A DNA stretch of 54,685 bases from Basidiobolus meristosporus CBS 931.73 (Eukaryota; Fungi; Basidiobolomycota): assembly GCA_002104905.1 (NCBI GenBank), contig MCFE01000599.1:1-54685 (forward strand), given 5' to 3'. The position numbers and the translations under genes are program-made. Shown piece after piece: positions 51,659 through 54,685 of this stretch (position 1 is its first letter; each line of letters opens with the position of its first letter). Below the pieces are notes generated by a model that saw nothing but the letters and a program-made list of their open reading frames with translations, made no database searches and was not told where the DNA came from.

Positions 51659-53469
51659 TCATCTTCTCCTGGGTTTTTTTCTCACAGGGATTACTACTGA
51701 AGCATTTGGTAGTGACTCACTTTGCACACCTATACTACTTTCTGGCTGACTATCATCTTGGCTACTTGTGTATTTGTAGTCAGTATTTTGCCTCCTAGTT
51801 GATGAGTGCAATGCTGCAGCTTGGCCATGCTGAATTGCTCCAACTGAACCAACTGAACCGGCCTGTAGTGCCACGCGCTAACACATTCTTTTACTTGCCA
51901 AGGGCTCCGGTGGTTGAGGCACCTCATGTTGGACATCATCAGTCAGTTCACCAGAAGTAACTCGCTGATGGTCAGGCAAGACGGCACGCGCAGGTGCGCC
52001 TTGACGCATTGAGATGGCCCTTGGCTGAGTTTGATGTGATGCCGCATGTTGACGCAACTCAGTCCGCTCCAATGGACTTGTGTCTAAATGAGCAGTTTGG
52101 CAAGTTCTTGTAGTTTTGCTCTGAAGCGTGCGCGTTGACCCAACATGGGGCATTCTGGTAAAGGGTGTTGGCATACTCTGGACTGACGTGTGCCGGTGCG
52201 CTGTGGCTGCAAGAGATGGTAGGGAATCCAGCAAGGCGTGCTGGCGCAATCTGGACGATGTTGCTTGCGGTCTGTATTCTTCCTCCTGAAGCTCACCATC
52301 TGATTCCTCAAGGTATTCACTTACCCTCTGTCTGATACTTTGGAGCTGTTGCCTGGATGAGTCCTGTGTATGTTGCTCTTGGAAGCCACTTAGCTCTACT
52401 AATATATCACATAGTACATTAGTCATTTGAGGCAAAAACTTGTTCAAAATAGACTTGTTCCGTTGGATAGTGCCACATTGAGCCATGAGTGCCAAATGAT
52501 GCCATACTGTGCCAGGGAGACCAAGTGAGCCTATACTTGGCCACAGAGTGTGAAACACAGCTCTGCATCTTCATGCAAAGCAGCCCCTGTGTTTCACCCA
52601 TTGAGCTGGAAAAAATCCATTTTTTTACCTTTTTTTTTGAATCAATGTCATGCAGGATGTGTAAGAGCACAAAAAGATATAAGACATGCATTGGGTACTC
52701 AATACCCATGGCACTCTGAATCTAGCTCCTGTAGCTTGTATCATGTCATAAAAATGAATGGCACTATCTTGGTCCACTGGTACAATCTGGCACTATAAGT
52801 GCTTTATATAGGTTTTACTTTAGGGCTAATATTTAAATATAGTGCCAGATAGTACCAGTGGACCAAGATAGTGCCATTCATATTTGTGACATGATACAAG
52901 TCACAGGAGCTAGATTTAGAGTGCCATGGGTGTTGAGTATCAGATGCATGTCTTCAGTCCTTCTGTGCTCTCACACATCCTGAACAATATTGATTCAAAA
53001 AAAAAGGTCAAAAAATGGATTTTCTCCAGCTCAATGGGTGAAACACAGGGGCTGCTTTGCATGAAGATGCAGAGCTGTGTTTCACACTCTGTGGCCAAGT
53101 ATAGGCTCACTTGGTCTCCCTGGCACAGTATGGCATCATTTGGCACTCATGGCTCAATGTGGCACTATCCAACGGAACAAGTCTAATCTCTTTGGTTCCC
53201 AAAGTTGAGGCACAAACGGACGCGTCCGGCCCGTACTGTGCAAATTGCGCGCAAAATTTTTCCCATGTGGCTTCTTTGTCAAATCCCCTCACTCTCAGCT
53301 CATTATTGATTTCAATACTTGGCTTGTTATATATCTTTTTACATACATCGGCTGGCATCTTGATGTAGAACTCATGCCACAGCTTTCTACTCAAATTCTT
53401 CCATCTTTGTTGACTCTCTGAGGTATCTAGTTCTGCTAGATTAATCAGTAGTGCCCAAATATCTGTATG
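51659..53469 (-). pseudogene. Copy B of the unknown ORF, interrupted by copia element 3, the foldback element and one in-frame TAG
   Basis: Removing 52451-53184 and one AAT restores a single frame HTDIWALL...TKEILNKFLPQ...SKRMC*RVALQAG...PVRKKPRRR*. Confidence 0.8.
52451..53184. mobile_element. Non-autonomous foldback/MITE-like DNA transposon, 734 bp, arms of ~345 bp, TSD AAT
   Basis: AGACTTGTTCC...GGAACAAGTCT ends. AAT lies at 52448-52450 and 53185-53187, and the paralogous empty site TTCAAAATCTCT is in copy A near 50030-50042. Confidence 0.93.
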
Positions 53470-54685
53470 TGTTGTAAAAATTTGTATTTTCCACCTAAAT
53501 ATTTACCTAACTTAGTCACTTAGATCACCACCTTCAAATCCTAGAGAATACTGACCAAATTCCTTGTCGGGATTTATTTAGAATATTTTCACCAAAATAC
53601 CAGGTACCCAGAACATGAAAATTCTCAAAGTTGTCCAAACAGCCCCAAACTTTGCACACATGTTCTTGGGACCTTCCTTAACCTATTCTACGTGTTTGTA
53701 ATGCCAAGACCATGTAAAAGTATAAATACTACTTTTACATTCAATAAATCATTAAGTGAAAACTACATAATCTACTTGTTCTCCAAATCACTTCCAATAT
53801 CTCCAAGACTCTTACAACAGGTTATGAGCCCCGAGCTGTCACTCTCTGCAATGTCTACTACTGCTATTACTGGAATTTTTCCCTCTGCTGAAAAGTTGGA
53901 TGGATCTAACTACCAAGTGTGGAAGGTGAAGATGAAGTTGCTGCTACAAGAAAGAGGCCTTTGGGATATTGTCATGGGAGAAGAATGCCCTCCTAAAAAC
54001 GTGGGAGAGGAAGCCTTAAAGTACCAGAGGAAAGAACAAAGTGCCTTTAACTGCATTTACCTTAATGTCAAGGACAAATTGCTAATTCAATGCTCAAGAG
54101 CAAAAACGGCAAAGAATGCCTGGAAGGCATTAGAAGACACCTACCAGTCATGTTCAGCTGCCAAGAAAATGTATCTGAGAAGAAAATTCTTTACTACAAA
54201 GATGCTGCCAGGAGAAGAAATGAAAAATCTAATTAACAGAATTACCCTGCTGGTAGATGAGATGGAATCTGTGGGCATACCAACTACTGATGAGGATGTG
54301 ATAGTTACCATCCTGAATAGTCTGACAGACGAATTTCAGGGCCTTGTATCAGACCTAGAGTCCAGAACTGAAGATTTGACCTTAAATTGCATATATGGAA
54401 GGCTCCTGGATGAAGAATTAAGAAAATCAAGCGCCAATAATAAGGAAGAAGAAAATGCTTTAATAAGCAATGATAACCAACAAAGGAGGTACCCAAGACC
54501 CTACAAAGGCAACAGCAACCTATTTTGCAACTACTGCAAAAGGAAAGGACACACATCAGACCGGTGTCTCAAAAAGAGAGATTATCAGCAAAAGAAGCCT
54601 GAATATGGAAATGCTGCAACAACTGAAGATAGACTATTCATATCTGCACTAAATATGACCACAAACAAGGATTCTCAGACGTGGT
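53470..54685 (+). mobile_element. Ty1/copia element 3, 5' LTR 53470-53819 plus PBS and gag; continues beyond the window
   Basis: Intact TGTTGTAA/TTACAACA LTR and PBS GGTTATGAGCCCC at 53820-53832. Confidence 0.97.
53824..54685 (+). CDS. Copia gag-pol ORF, open to the window edge
   Basis: Manual translation has no stop in 287 codons: MSPELSLSAMSTTAITGIFPSAEKLDGSNYQVWKVKMKLLL...CNYCKRKGHTSDRC (CCHC knuckle)...DSQTW. Confidence 0.92.
   Translation, partial: MSPELSLSAMSTTAITGIFPSAEKLDGSNYQVWKVKMKLLLQERGLWDIVMGEECPPKNVGEEALKYQRKEQSAFNCIYLNVKDKLLIQCSRAKTAKNAWKALEDTYQSCSAAKKMYLRRKFFTTKMLPGEEMKNLINRITLLVDEMESVGIPTTDEDVIVTILNSLTDEFQGLVSDLESRTEDLTLNCIYGRLLDEELRKSSANNKEEENALISNDNQQRRYPRPYKGNSNLFCNYCKRKGHTSDRCLKKRDYQQKKPEYGNAATTEDRLFISALNMTTNKDSQTW

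Noticed and set aside
51878-52558. 226-aa ORF as an independent gene
   Set aside because: Its N-terminus is read from the foldback arm; it is a fragment of the interrupted copy B.
1-54685. tRNA, rRNA, CRISPR arrays and hammerhead ribozymes
   Set aside because: None seen; the CTGANGA occurrences I checked lack a downstream stem II plus GAAA core.

Overview
Eukaryotic fungal DNA with short GT-AG introns. An early-diverging lineage is inferred from gene style and is not proven. The left three quarters hold ordinary genes: enolase (-, runs off the left edge), carboxypeptidase Y, a fasciclin with a GPI-like tail, a multi-exon RasGAP with an unusual N-terminal BAR-PH module, VMS1/ANKZF1, EFR3, a WC-2-like PAS-GATA factor and alternative oxidase. 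Solo LTRs of one Ty1/copia family are scattered among them. At 21.1-25.6 kb a ~975-bp near-perfect inverted duplication carries two copies of an unrecognised 91-aa gene and flanks a third, diverged paralog. The last 13 kb is a transposon nest. It contains two decayed copia elements sharing one LTR, a third copia with an open gag and a half-tRNA-type primer site, a 734-bp foldback element with AAT target duplication, and two decayed copies of an unknown ORF showing strong CpG loss. No database searches were run; all calls come from reading motifs by eye.
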